From: Candidatus Nanoarchaeia archaeon
GTDB lineage: Archaea > Nanobdellota > Nanobdellia > Woesearchaeales > JANQNC01
Reading direction: 5' to 3'
DNA: 64,000 nt
NCBI GenBank assembly: GCA_028279745.1
Contig: JANQNC010000001.1
Coordinates: 273,876-337,875, forward strand
Below, piece by piece: positions 19,584 to 29,759 of this stretch. A program made the translations under genes and the position numbers. The notes below the pieces were generated by a model that was given only the letters and a program-made list of their open reading frames with translations, did not search any database and was not told where the DNA came from. Position 1 is the first letter of the stretch; the number at the start of each line of letters is the position of its first letter.

Positions 19584-20705
19584 ATGAAAAAACTACTCAT
19601 CGTGCCTAACTTTTCTCCCGCAAGAGGGGGATCTCATACACTTTATTATAATATCTGTAGAACACTTAACCCCCAGGAGATTGTAGTTTTTACAGGAAAA
19701 ACTAAGGGCTATAGAGAGTTTGATAAAAAACAAAAGTTTAAGATATACAGAACAAGGAAAGTGTCCATGTTAGATTCATTAGTCTTTAAAGAATTACTAA
19801 GATTAAACAGACTCATAAGGAAAGAAAAAATAAAAAAAATTCTTTTTGGACACCTAAACTCTTGTTTAACTGCTCTAGCAATCAAATTTATATTTGGAAA
19901 AAATTACTATCTCTACGTTCTTGCTGAAGAAGTGACGGGAATAATATCTGGAAGCAGATCGGGGTTCTTTAAAAAAAAATGTTTGAAACACGCAAAAGGA
20001 ATTATTGCCATAAGTGATTACACAAAAAACCTAATCAAAAAATATAACAAAAATATCAAAATCATATACCCTGCAGCCAAGTTAGACAAATTCAAACCAA
20101 AACAAAAAAGCGAGGAGTTAATGAAAAAACATGGCCTAAAAAATAAAAAGGTTATCTTGACCTTGGCTCGATTGGATGAAGGGAAAGGGCATGGAAAAAT
20201 TATAAAACTCCTCCCAAAATTAATAAAAGAACACCCCTCTCTAAAATACCTGATAGTTGGCGAGGGTGAAGAAGGATCAAAACTTAGAAGATTAGTTTCA
20301 GATATGAATCTTAACAAACATGTAACATTTGCGGGAGAAGTTCCTGAAAAAGAACTTGTTGATTACTATAATCTATGCGACATATTTGCAATGCCAAACA
20401 GACCTATTATGAACAAAGACAAAAAAACATTTTACACTGAAGGTTTTGGAATCGTATTCTTAGAGGCAAACGCTTGTGGAAAACCCGTCATAGGCGGAAA
20501 TTCAGGAGGGGTTCCCTCTGCAATAACACACAGACATAACGGTCTGCTTGTAAATGGAAACGATGAGAAAGATATATACAACAGCTTGAACAACTTATTA
20601 GAGAAAAAAAGGTTAAGAGAAAAACTTGGTAAAAATGGATTGGAGTGGGCAAGAAGATTCAATTATAAAAAAATAGCAGCAGAATTAGAAGAATTTATTT
20701 CTTAA
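19584..20705 (+). CDS. Glycosyltransferase family 4
   Basis: EGFGIVFLEANACGKPVIGGNSGGVPSAI (GT4 motif); start moved to MKKLLIVPNF at 19584 to avoid overlap with divergent taw1. Confidence 0.75.
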   Translation: MKKLLIVPNFSPARGGSHTLYYNICRTLNPQEIVVFTGKTKGYREFDKKQKFKIYRTRKVSMLDSLVFKELLRLNRLIRKEKIKKILFGHLNSCLTALAIKFIFGKNYYLYVLAEEVTGIISGSRSGFFKKKCLKHAKGIIAISDYTKNLIKKYNKNIKIIYPAAKLDKFKPKQKSEELMKKHGLKNKKVILTLARLDEGKGHGKIIKLLPKLIKEHPSLKYLIVGEGEEGSKLRRLVSDMNLNKHVTFAGEVPEKELVDYYNLCDIFAMPNRPIMNKDKKTFYTEGFGIVFLEANACGKPVIGGNSGGVPSAITHRHNGLLVNGNDEKDIYNSLNNLLEKKRLREKLGKNGLEWARRFNYKKIAAELEEFIS

Positions 20706-20711
20706 TCAAAA

Positions 20712-21974
20712 ATGAATAAGATACACTTTATGACACAAGGATGTTCAGCAAACCAAGCAGACACAGAGATAATGGCAGGATTGCTGATGGAAAATGACTA
20801 CCTAATCGTTGAAGATCTGAATGATGCAGAGTTGGTCGTGTTTAACACATGCACTGTTAAAGGCCCCACAGAATCAAATTTTAAGAAGAAATTAAAAGAG
20901 TTGGATAGACTTGGAAAGAAAATAGTGATTGCAGGATGTATCCCGCAAGCAGAAAAAGATGCAGATGTTGTTAAACAGTATTCTTGTATAGGGCCTAGAG
21001 AAGTAGATAAGATAGTTGAAGTTGTTGAAAACACACTTGAAGGGCAAGTTGTTTCCAAACTAGGCGATTCTGGTGAGAGCAGATTAAACTTACCTAAGAG
21101 AAGGAAAAACAGATTGATTGAGATAGTTCCAATCGCTCAAGGCTGTTTAGGTTCATGCAACTATTGTAAAACGAAGCAAGCCAGAGGAAATCTAGTCTCG
21201 GTTCCGATAAAGGAGATCATCAGACATGTAACTTGTGCCGTTAGCGAGGGCGCAAAAGAGATATGGTTGACATCACAAGACAACGGGTGTTATGGATATG
21301 ATCTAAAAACAAACATAGTTGAATTACTGAAAGAAGTTGTAAAAATTAAAGGAAATTTCAAAGTAAGAGTTGGGATGGCAAATCCTAATTCCATTCTAGA
21401 CTTTCTGGAGGATCTAATTGAAATTATGAAGGATGATAAAGTTTACAAATTTATTCACATACCCTTACAAGCAGGAAGCAATAAAGTCCTAAAAGATATG
21501 AACAGACAATATGGTGTTGAAGACTTTGTGTATATTGTTCACAAACTAAGAAAAGAGATTCCTGAAATAACAATACTGACAGACATAATATGCGGATATC
21601 CAACAGAATCAAAAGAAGACTTTGAAGAAACAATAAGAGTGATAAAAGAAACAAAACCAGACCTAATGAACATATCAAGGTTCTGGCCGCGACCAAAAAC
21701 AAAAGCAGCAAAACTAAAACCTGTTCCAACCAACGAGCTAAAAAGAAGAACAAGAGAGACAACTACCTTGTTTCATAAAATTGCCAAGGAAATAAACAAT
21801 TCTTGGATCGGTTGGGAAGGTAAAGTATTGATTATACAACATGGAAAAAATAATACCTCGGTTGGAATGAATTCTTCGTATAAACAAGTCGTTTTGAAAG
21901 AAAGGATATCTTTAGGAACTGAGAGAAATGTCAAAATAAACAATTCTAAAGAATTCTATTTAGAAGGAATATAA
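20712..21974 (+). CDS. MiaB/RimO-family radical SAM methylthiotransferase (archaeal MtaB-type, ms2t6A)
   Basis: N-terminal MTTase domain (FMTQGCSANQADTE), radical SAM CLGSCNYC, C-terminal TRAM-like region. Confidence 0.85.
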   Translation: MNKIHFMTQGCSANQADTEIMAGLLMENDYLIVEDLNDAELVVFNTCTVKGPTESNFKKKLKELDRLGKKIVIAGCIPQAEKDADVVKQYSCIGPREVDKIVEVVENTLEGQVVSKLGDSGESRLNLPKRRKNRLIEIVPIAQGCLGSCNYCKTKQARGNLVSVPIKEIIRHVTCAVSEGAKEIWLTSQDNGCYGYDLKTNIVELLKEVVKIKGNFKVRVGMANPNSILDFLEDLIEIMKDDKVYKFIHIPLQAGSNKVLKDMNRQYGVEDFVYIVHKLRKEIPEITILTDIICGYPTESKEDFEETIRVIKETKPDLMNISRFWPRPKTKAAKLKPVPTNELKRRTRETTTLFHKIAKEINNSWIGWEGKVLIIQHGKNNTSVGMNSSYKQVVLKERISLGTERNVKINNSKEFYLEGI

Positions 21975-22960
21975 TCTGGCATACCCACACCATTAAACAT
22001 GGTCTTCTCATAACCCTCTTGCTTGTATCTCTCGAAATCCTTATTCCCAAACAGACCCCACTTAGTCCTGTAAAGAGAGGAGAAAAGTTGAACCTTTGTG
22101 ATCTTAACAGGGTTATGAGTGAAAACTTGAGGATTACCCTCTAACTTATCCAGAGTTTTCATAGCTAAAACTGCAGGAAGATAACAAAACTTCCTATAAC
22201 CTTCTAACTTTTTTGGAATCTTCTGTATGTAACTAAAAGTTGGTTCGATCTCTTCTGCTGCGCTGTCAACCATCCTAGCCAACATTTCCAGATTACCCTT
22301 AGGATTTGCAAGAACTGAACCCACACTTTGACCTCTAAATAGTTTGCTAGGCCAGAAACTTCTGCCTTCACACGCATCCTTGTAAAAATCCTTGATTATG
22401 TTCACTTTCTGCAAGAATCTTCCAAAACTAACAGCTTCATCATTGTCAAACTCATGAAACTTGTCTTTTACACCAACCAAGTCAGTCAAGTATCTTCCAA
22501 CTGTGCCAGCAACATAATAACAGTAATCGTTCAAATCAGAAAAATTCACAACCTTTTTCTCAACATATTTACTCATACCTTTACACATCTCATCCAACCA
22601 AAAAAGAGAGAGATCTTTAGTCTTAGAATCAAATGAGTTGAATACACTAGCTACAGAACCTATGTGCTCTAATAAAACTTTATCATGATCATTTATTGTC
22701 TTTTGATGAACTTCCAAAACCAAAGCATATAATCTTGGCTTGTCTTCGCTTCTCAAAAAAGTCACAAAGTCTCTAAGCATGGACTGTTTGTCATTAACAG
22801 AATGGTTAGAATCTTCAATAGTGTCAGCAACCCTATCAAACAGATACTGGTTTTGGACTTCCTCTCTTTTGTTCTCATCAAGAAGAGGTATGTTTAATGC
22901 AAACGTCCTAGACGTCTTATCCAAAAGCATCTGCGAAGTCTTTTTAGCGTTCTCTAACAT
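21956..22960 (-). CDS. Squalene/phytoene synthase-family (head-to-head isoprenoid synthase)
   Basis: DRVADTIEDS (DxxED), YCYYVAGTVG and FGRFLQKVNIIKDFYKD resemble the SQS/PSY signatures (cf. eukaryotic FDFT1 GLFLQKTNIIRDY). Confidence 0.65.
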   Translation of the reverse strand: MLENAKKTSQMLLDKTSRTFALNIPLLDENKREEVQNQYLFDRVADTIEDSNHSVNDKQSMLRDFVTFLRSEDKPRLYALVLEVHQKTINDHDKVLLEHIGSVASVFNSFDSKTKDLSLFWLDEMCKGMSKYVEKKVVNFSDLNDYCYYVAGTVGRYLTDLVGVKDKFHEFDNDEAVSFGRFLQKVNIIKDFYKDACEGRSFWPSKLFRGQSVGSVLANPKGNLEMLARMVDSAAEEIEPTFSYIQKIPKKLEGYRKFCYLPAVLAMKTLDKLEGNPQVFTHNPVKITKVQLFSSLYRTKWGLFGNKDFERYKQEGYEKTMFNGVGMPDYIPSK

Positions 22961-23005
22961 AAGTATAAGGGGTTCTAACTTTTTTTATAAAAGTTAGCCA
23001 TTCAT

Positions 23006-23596
23006 TTATAAAAGAAAATCTTTAATCTTTAAGAAGTCTTTTTCTAGATCTTCCTTCCAAGCTCTACGATAAATTACTGCAGCAGGATGATACAAAGGCA
23101 TCACCTTAAAGCTTAAACCATCAACTTGAACATCTACTGGATCACCATGCAAAGAACTGATCCCTTGAATCTTTTTCATACCATCAACATCAAACTTAGC
23201 AAGAACAAACTTAGTGGAAAAATTACCCAACGTGCAAATCAGCTTAGGTTTAATAATCTTGATCTGCTCAATCAAATAAGGAGTATGACTTCTGATCTCA
23301 TCAGTCTTTGGATCTCTATTTTCAGGAGGTCTGTACTTCAGAATGTTTGCAATGTAAACATCATCCAAAGATAAACCGATAGAGTGCAACAATTCATCTA
23401 GCTGTTGTCCTGCTTTACCAACAAAAGGTATACCTTGCAGGTCTTCCTGCGCTCCAGGAGCCTCGCCAATAAATAAAATATCTGCGTCAGGATTTCCTTT
23501 ACCAAAAACTAAGTTAGTTGCTGCATCCTTAAGAGGACATTCAAGATTATCAACAATCTTTTGTTTTAAAATATCTAGTTCTTCTTGTTTTGACAT
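23006..23596 (-). CDS. Uracil-DNA glycosylase family 4
   Basis: ILFIGEAPGAQEDLQGIPFVGKAGQQLD (GEAPG motif) and HPAAV near the C-terminus. Confidence 0.85.
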   Translation of the reverse strand: MSKQEELDILKQKIVDNLECPLKDAATNLVFGKGNPDADILFIGEAPGAQEDLQGIPFVGKAGQQLDELLHSIGLSLDDVYIANILKYRPPENRDPKTDEIRSHTPYLIEQIKIIKPKLICTLGNFSTKFVLAKFDVDGMKKIQGISSLHGDPVDVQVDGLSFKVMPLYHPAAVIYRRAWKEDLEKDFLKIKDFLL

Positions 23597-23599
23597 TTT

Positions 23600-24646
23600 C
23601 TATAACGCAACGTTCTTCCTTAACCAAGCACCTATAAAAGTCTTTGTAAAAATAAAAGGGAAACTCTTGATTATCTTGCTCCCAAAAGATCTTCCTTCAT
23701 ATCTGTCTTCAGAAAAACTTTCAGGGTAAGTATATGTGTAAATGTCCCTTCTTTCACAATCATACTTCTTCTTGAAAAAAGAATGGCTTGAGCCAGGCTT
23801 TGATCTGCCAAAGTCTATTTTTAGGCATCCTGTATTGATGGCTCTTTTGATCTGTTCAACAAACAAAATGTCTGTTGATGTTTTCTTCATATACTCCTTA
23901 TCAGAACCTAACTGATGAAGTAAAAGCTCACCATTAAATGAAAGGCTAGTCATTGAAGCAATCGGATTTTCTTTAAGCATAGAGTTTGTGTAAAATAATC
24001 TTGTCTTAAGATGCTTGTCAACATTAACGTAAAACTTTTTAGGAAATGTTGGGCTTCCAAGCTTAGCGTCTTTTGCAGAGATAAGCTTGTAAATCACTTC
24101 AGGATTTTTTTGATTCTTTACTTCGACACCAAACCTGACAGACCGATTGTATTCAGTTCTAACGCCTGAATCTTTTGTGAAACTGTTCCACACATCATCG
24201 AAACTTTTGTCTTTTAAACTTATGAAAAAGCTGTACGCTTCTAACTCTTTATTAAATCCGGTTTCTCCATAGTCCGCGTCTGAAGGTAATGATCTTATTT
24301 TAACATACTTTACCTTTTTTTCATCGACAAATGATTTGTACACCTTGAATAGATCTTTGTAAGCTTCTTTGTATCCTTCTTTTATGAAAGGCCCCCCATA
24401 TTCAAAGAAAGGCATCGACACTATCGCTTTTTTGAAAAATTCCTTAACAATAAATGCAGGACAGACACCCACAATCTCCTTATCTTCAGTTTTAACAACA
24501 TAATATGCTGGCTTAAACCCAAAAGTTTCCTCCATTATCTTTTTCCACTCAACCGTATGGAAAATTGTAAGTTCTTTATTTGCATTTACGAACTCATTCC
24601 ACTCCCTAGAATCAGATTCTTTAAATTCTTCAATAAAATATCTCAT
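23600..24646 (-). CDS. FemAB/CelD-like GNAT-fold acyl/aminoacyl-transferase
   Basis: ELTIFHTVEWKKIMEETFGFKPAYYVV...about 350 aa, FemAB-family-like; overlaps the downstream sugar transferase. Confidence 0.5.
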   Translation of the reverse strand: MRYFIEEFKESDSREWNEFVNANKELTIFHTVEWKKIMEETFGFKPAYYVVKTEDKEIVGVCPAFIVKEFFKKAIVSMPFFEYGGPFIKEGYKEAYKDLFKVYKSFVDEKKVKYVKIRSLPSDADYGETGFNKELEAYSFFISLKDKSFDDVWNSFTKDSGVRTEYNRSVRFGVEVKNQKNPEVIYKLISAKDAKLGSPTFPKKFYVNVDKHLKTRLFYTNSMLKENPIASMTSLSFNGELLLHQLGSDKEYMKKTSTDILFVEQIKRAINTGCLKIDFGRSKPGSSHSFFKKKYDCERRDIYTYTYPESFSEDRYEGRSFGSKIIKSFPFIFTKTFIGAWLRKNVAL

Positions 24647-25950
24647 TTTTTAAAGTTTCTCAGAATTTTTCCAACAGTACTCCACGCAATATTAATATCA
24701 AGAAGCAAAGATTGATTCTTGACATAGTATAGATCATACATAGCCTTTCTTTGTGGATCTAAAGAACAACTATCCTTAACTTGAGCAAGACCTGTCATAC
24801 CTGGTTTAACATCAAGTCGTCTATCCCAATCTTCAACTTCCTTACTGAACTTATTTGAAAAGAAAGGTCTTTCAGGTCTTGGGCCAACAAAGCCCATGTC
24901 TCCCTTAAGAACATTCAACAGTTGTGGAAGTTCATCAAGATGTGTTTTTCTTAGAATATTCCCTATAAAGGTTATCCTACTATCTCCACTATTAACACTT
25001 AATAAAACAGGTCCTGTTTTCTTTTCAGCATCATCCACCATTGTTCTAAACTTGTATAAAGTGAACTCCTTCCCACCTTTTCCAACTCTTTTTTGTTTGA
25101 ACAGAATATCGCCTTTTGAGGTTATCTTAACAAGAGCTGAAATCGCTGCAAAAAACGGAAGAGACATAACCAGACCAGTAAAAGCCACAGGCACCTCAAA
25201 GAATCGTTTCATCTTAATGTACCTGGAGTCTATAGGGAAAAGATTAAGATCGATCAAAGGCGCACCCATATTTTGCAGGTTAGTGTGCCCCGTTAAGATC
25301 TCATAAAAATCAGGAACAATTTTTACATTTGTCTTGCAATCCATCACGCTGTCAAGAACATGCTTATTGTCTTTTAGGGATAATGCTATTATAATCTCAT
25401 GAACTCCTTTCGTTGAAACAATTGAAGAAATATCTTCGGTCTTACCTATAACTTTATGATCCCCCACACTGCCAGTTACAGAATCATCGACAAACCCCAC
25501 AATATTAGAATTGTAATGCAAGTCTTTCACAACTTTCCTGCCCTGATTTCCAGCACCAACTATAAGGACGTTTAAGGGAATATTTGCATTAATCAAAACC
25601 CTAAAACCGCTAAGCAACAGTATATTTGCAAACCAAGATAAAGCTAAAACTGTTCTTGGCGCAAAGTTCTCTACAAAGAAAGTCACGATTATGATAAGCA
25701 CATAAGTCAAGGTCATACTCTTGAAAATCTTATAGATAATATCTGGGTTTGATAATCTCTTATCCCTCCTATAAATCCCTGCAAAATATAAACAACCAAC
25801 ACCCAAAACTGAAACCAATCCGATAAGTTTTATGGGGTTCTGAGGCGCATAATCTCCAAAACGGATGACAATAGATAACAGAAGAACCAAATTTATAAGC
25901 AATAAATCTATGAATCCTTGTAACAATGTTCTAAACTTAACTATTTTCAA
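24643..25950 (-). CDS. Polyprenyl-phosphate sugar phosphotransferase (WbaP/bacterial sugar transferase family)
   Basis: N-terminal TM helices plus C-terminal LYKFRTMVDDAEKKTGPV...GNILRKTHLDELPQLLNVLKGDMGFVGPRPERP signature. Confidence 0.85.
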   Translation of the reverse strand: MKIVKFRTLLQGFIDLLLINLVLLLSIVIRFGDYAPQNPIKLIGLVSVLGVGCLYFAGIYRRDKRLSNPDIIYKIFKSMTLTYVLIIIVTFFVENFAPRTVLALSWFANILLLSGFRVLINANIPLNVLIVGAGNQGRKVVKDLHYNSNIVGFVDDSVTGSVGDHKVIGKTEDISSIVSTKGVHEIIIALSLKDNKHVLDSVMDCKTNVKIVPDFYEILTGHTNLQNMGAPLIDLNLFPIDSRYIKMKRFFEVPVAFTGLVMSLPFFAAISALVKITSKGDILFKQKRVGKGGKEFTLYKFRTMVDDAEKKTGPVLLSVNSGDSRITFIGNILRKTHLDELPQLLNVLKGDMGFVGPRPERPFFSNKFSKEVEDWDRRLDVKPGMTGLAQVKDSCSLDPQRKAMYDLYYVKNQSLLLDINIAWSTVGKILRNFKK

Positions 25951-26014
25951 ACACCCCTATATGATTAAACATAAACTCTGAAATCCCTTTATATATTTTT
26001 CCTAAAATACTATT

Positions 26015-26980
26015 CTAAACCTTGATTTTTACTGACTTAATCGTAAGTAAATTAACTCCTCCAACCAAAACAGCCAAAATACGCACTGCACGATTCAACA
26101 ATACAATCTGTAATGCAACCAACGGACTTACACCAAACAAGACCAGGATTGAGCTAAGACTTAATTCGGTTATACCTATACCCCCAACAGTTAAAGGCAA
26201 CCAGTTAAGGATGTATATTAAAGGAAGCACAAATAGCAAAGAGAAAAAAGGCAATAACTCACCAACCGACAGACCTAAAGTGAACAGCATCAATGTTGCT
26301 ATGAAAGCACTTAAAATATCTATCAAACCCAATATAACTAAGTCTAATCTGTTAAACTTATTGGTGCTCAAATCTATCTCCCCAACTAATTTTTGTAATC
26401 TGACCCAGTTCTTAAAACGCACCTTAAGAAAGTTTATTATTACTTTTCTATTAATCGAAAGAAGCACAAAAAAAGCCAACATAACTACAAACATAAACAC
26501 AAATAATACATAGTTTATCTGAAAATTAAACCCCCTGCTTAGTACCACTAAAATACCTGTTGCTGCAAGAGAAAAAGTTATCATCAGTCCAACAATCAAG
26601 TCTATAGATATTGCTGCTGCAGACCTCAAAACTTTAATGCCAAGAAAACTTTTCATAACATAAAACCTATACAAAGAACCCATCTGGGACGGCAAAGTCT
26701 CAGACACAAAAAAAGAGGACAGAATAACCCTAAACGAGGAAATCTTTCCAACTTTGAACCCGACCAACTTCAAAACCCGTTTGAATATCAATGATTTTGC
26801 AAACAAATATACCATAAAAAAAACAAATGCTAAAAAAACCAGTAAAAAATTTGCTTCAAATAAAGAAGGGATCAACTTGTCTAAATCCTGTTTGGAAAAC
26901 AAGAAAATTGTGCCTATAAGCAACAGCAAACCTATAACATACAAGTGAATATACTTCTTTAGCTTGACAAGTAACTTCAT
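26015..26980 (-). CDS. Flippase-like membrane protein (UPF0104 / lysyl-phosphatidylglycerol-synthase TM-domain family)
   Basis: 8-TM protein with FRVILSSFFVSETLPSQMGSLYRFY-type motif. Confidence 0.5.
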   Translation of the reverse strand: MKLLVKLKKYIHLYVIGLLLLIGTIFLFSKQDLDKLIPSLFEANFLLVFLAFVFFMVYLFAKSLIFKRVLKLVGFKVGKISSFRVILSSFFVSETLPSQMGSLYRFYVMKSFLGIKVLRSAAAISIDLIVGLMITFSLAATGILVVLSRGFNFQINYVLFVFMFVVMLAFFVLLSINRKVIINFLKVRFKNWVRLQKLVGEIDLSTNKFNRLDLVILGLIDILSAFIATLMLFTLGLSVGELLPFFSLLFVLPLIYILNWLPLTVGGIGITELSLSSILVLFGVSPLVALQIVLLNRAVRILAVLVGGVNLLTIKSVKIKV

Positions 26981-27016
26981 GTTACATATAGTTAGTCGAT
27001 ATATTAAAAAGCTTTC

Positions 27017-27886
27017 TCATTCAAGACTATCAAGCAATGGAGAAATGTCAATACTTTCAATATCCTGTTTAGCGACAGAGGACTTGTCCCCTATTTTTAA
27101 CTCGTCACTATATGTTGGCTTATCTTCCTTATAGAATATACCCGTAGCAACTTTGCCATCGTATATATCATGCTCCAATAAAAAATTGAGTACATTAGAT
27201 CTGTTTGTTGTGTCAAATTTCTCATCAGCAACATCATATAATATATCTTTGTAGAAATCAAATGATTTATCTTTTCTCCAAGACACACAAGGCTGTAATA
27301 CTTCGATAACCGCAACACCATGATGATTAATTCCTTTCTTGATCAATTCTGTAAGCTGTGGGATGTTACCAGCGTAACCTCTCGCAACAAATGTGCTTCC
27401 TGCAGTTACAGCAACCGCCAAAGGATTAAATGGGATCTCAATTGATCCATGAGGTGTTGTTGGTGAAACATACCCTTTTTCAGTTGTCGGAGAGTACTGA
27501 GATTTAGTCAACGCATAAATTTGATTATTGTGGATTATGTAACAAAGGTTAACATTCCTTCTTAATGTATGTAAGAAATGAGCTGAACCTATACTGCAAG
27601 CATCACCATCGCCTGCACACACAACAACATTTAAGTCTGGGTTTGCTAACTTAACACCTGTCGCAACAGGCAACGCTCTTCCATGAATACTTTCAAAACC
27701 ATAAGTCTTAATGTAATGAGGTATTTTACTATTACACCCAATACCTGAGACAACAACTGTGTCTTTAGGGTCTAGGTTAAGTTGAGCAAACGCTTTCTGA
27801 ATGCTCATCAAAATACCAAAATTGCCGCAACCTGGACACCAAGTGTTGGTGTGAGTTGGTTCTTGAAAGTCTTTTATATCTGCCAT
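27017..27886 (-). CDS. 2-oxoacid:ferredoxin oxidoreductase beta subunit (TPP-binding)
   Basis: WCPGCGNFGIL...GDGDACSIG TPP motif; follows the alpha subunit with a 1-nt gap. Confidence 0.85.
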   Translation of the reverse strand: MADIKDFQEPTHTNTWCPGCGNFGILMSIQKAFAQLNLDPKDTVVVSGIGCNSKIPHYIKTYGFESIHGRALPVATGVKLANPDLNVVVCAGDGDACSIGSAHFLHTLRRNVNLCYIIHNNQIYALTKSQYSPTTEKGYVSPTTPHGSIEIPFNPLAVAVTAGSTFVARGYAGNIPQLTELIKKGINHHGVAVIEVLQPCVSWRKDKSFDFYKDILYDVADEKFDTTNRSNVLNFLLEHDIYDGKVATGIFYKEDKPTYSDELKIGDKSSVAKQDIESIDISPLLDSLE

Positions 27887-27887
27887 T

Positions 27888-29603
27888 TTACTTGTTTAAC
27901 AATTTTCTTACTTGTTCAACCACATCTTCAGGATAGATAGGCCTTGAATCATACTTGCCGTAAAAGTTTTCTAATAAAATTCCTGTGTTCTCTCTAATCA
28001 CTCCTCTTAGCTGGCCGCTCTTGTTATGTTCTAAAATCAATATAGGTTTATCGTTGTCAAGTATATCCCCAAACTGCTGTGTGGGAAATGGAAGTACATA
28101 CTTTACCTGTATGATTCTCGCCTTTATGCCTAGTTCTTCCAGTTCTGGAAGTGCATCTACACATGCGCCCTTAGTTGAACCCCAAATAATCAACTGAACA
28201 TCAAATTCATCCTCCCCATAAACTTCGATCCCTTTAACAAAATCAAAAATGTGATCTAGCTTTCTAGCTCTCTTGTCCATATGGTCAATGTGGTTCTGAG
28301 CACCTTCAGAAGTAAACCCTGTTTCATCATGCTCATAGCTTGAGCCCACATGCAAACCATTCGGTTGGCCAGGAACAGATCTTGGTGAAATCCCATCTTC
28401 TGTCAATAAGTGTCTTTTGAAATCAACTGAAGACTTCATATCTTCATCAGACATCAGTTTGCCTCGGTTAATTTTTAAGTTATCTGTGTTAAATTTCTCA
28501 ATCGTAGTTTTTGCACTTGCCAATTCTTTATCTGAAACTAAGATTACAGGAGTCTGATAAATTTCTGCTAAGTTAAATGCATTAAACCCTTCATAAAAGC
28601 ACTCTTCAGCATCTCCCGGTGCGATAACAATTCTTGGGAACTCTCCTTGTGAAGCGTGCATAACAAATCTTAGATCATCTTGCGCAGTGTAAGTTGGGAT
28701 TCCTGTACTTGGACCCCCTCTTTGCACTTCAACCATAACCAAAGGAACTTCAGCTAAAGCAGCCATCCCCAAAGCTTCGGACATCAAAGCAAAACCTCCT
28801 CCAGATGTGGCAGTCATAGCTCTTACACCTGTAAAAGCTGCACCGATTGCCATATTTACAGCAGCAATCTCATCTTCTGTTTGTTTTACAACAATGTTAT
28901 AATCCATCTCATTCTTTGCTAGAGTTTGCATTATAGAAGTTGCAGGTGTCATAGGATACGCAGAGATAAATTTACAACCTGCTTTAATTGCCCCGTATGA
29001 CAAAGCTGTGTTGCCATCAATCATTATCCTGTTATTATCTTCTTGTTTCTCAACCTTAGTGTCAAATTCCTTTTCTCTTGCAATATCAAAACCTTTCTTC
29101 AGTGCTTCAATATTTTGTTTAACAATTTCATCTCCTTTCTTTTGGAATGTAGATTTTAGAATATTTGTAGTTATTTCTTCATCAGTATTAAGTAATCCAC
29201 AGATTGCACCCAAAGCAACAGTGTTTGCATAAATCTTATTGCCAACTTCTTCAGCCAAGCCTTTAAGATGAACAGGAACAATATGAATATCTTTTCTGTC
29301 AATGTTTAAATTCTTTACAGCTCCGCTGTCATAAATTAAAGCACCGCCTTCTCTTATACTTTGAGCATGTTTAGTTATAGTTGTTTCATCAATAGCGACA
29401 AGAATGTCTAGTCTATAGATGTTTGAATTGATCTTATGGTTTTCAGCATAAACCATAACTTGGTTATGGCCTCCTTTAATCAAGGAAGGGTGATCTGTAC
29501 AAGTGTATACATATAATCCAGACTTTTTTAGAATTTTAGCTATAGTGGTGCCTACAGTCATAACTCCTGATCCAGCAGGACCCCCAATCTTTATCGTTAC
29601 CAT
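27888..29603 (-). CDS. 2-oxoacid:ferredoxin oxidoreductase alpha subunit with fused N-terminal gamma domain
   Basis: N-terminal MVTIKIGGPAGSGVMTVG (gamma-like) followed by POR alpha domains (AYPMTPATSIMQ). Confidence 0.8.
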   Translation of the reverse strand: MVTIKIGGPAGSGVMTVGTTIAKILKKSGLYVYTCTDHPSLIKGGHNQVMVYAENHKINSNIYRLDILVAIDETTITKHAQSIREGGALIYDSGAVKNLNIDRKDIHIVPVHLKGLAEEVGNKIYANTVALGAICGLLNTDEEITTNILKSTFQKKGDEIVKQNIEALKKGFDIAREKEFDTKVEKQEDNNRIMIDGNTALSYGAIKAGCKFISAYPMTPATSIMQTLAKNEMDYNIVVKQTEDEIAAVNMAIGAAFTGVRAMTATSGGGFALMSEALGMAALAEVPLVMVEVQRGGPSTGIPTYTAQDDLRFVMHASQGEFPRIVIAPGDAEECFYEGFNAFNLAEIYQTPVILVSDKELASAKTTIEKFNTDNLKINRGKLMSDEDMKSSVDFKRHLLTEDGISPRSVPGQPNGLHVGSSYEHDETGFTSEGAQNHIDHMDKRARKLDHIFDFVKGIEVYGEDEFDVQLIIWGSTKGACVDALPELEELGIKARIIQVKYVLPFPTQQFGDILDNDKPILILEHNKSGQLRGVIRENTGILLENFYGKYDSRPIYPEDVVEQVRKLLNK

Positions 29604-29759
29604 TTAAACCCCTTTTTTAGTTGATTTGGGCTTATTTGGTTTTTAAATGTTTCTAAAATAAACTTAACCCTTGAGGGCAGCATATTAGGCCAATAACTTG
29701 TTTGATAAAGTTTAAATATTACTGCCTGATGTTTATATTGGGGGGTAATTTTAATTAAT

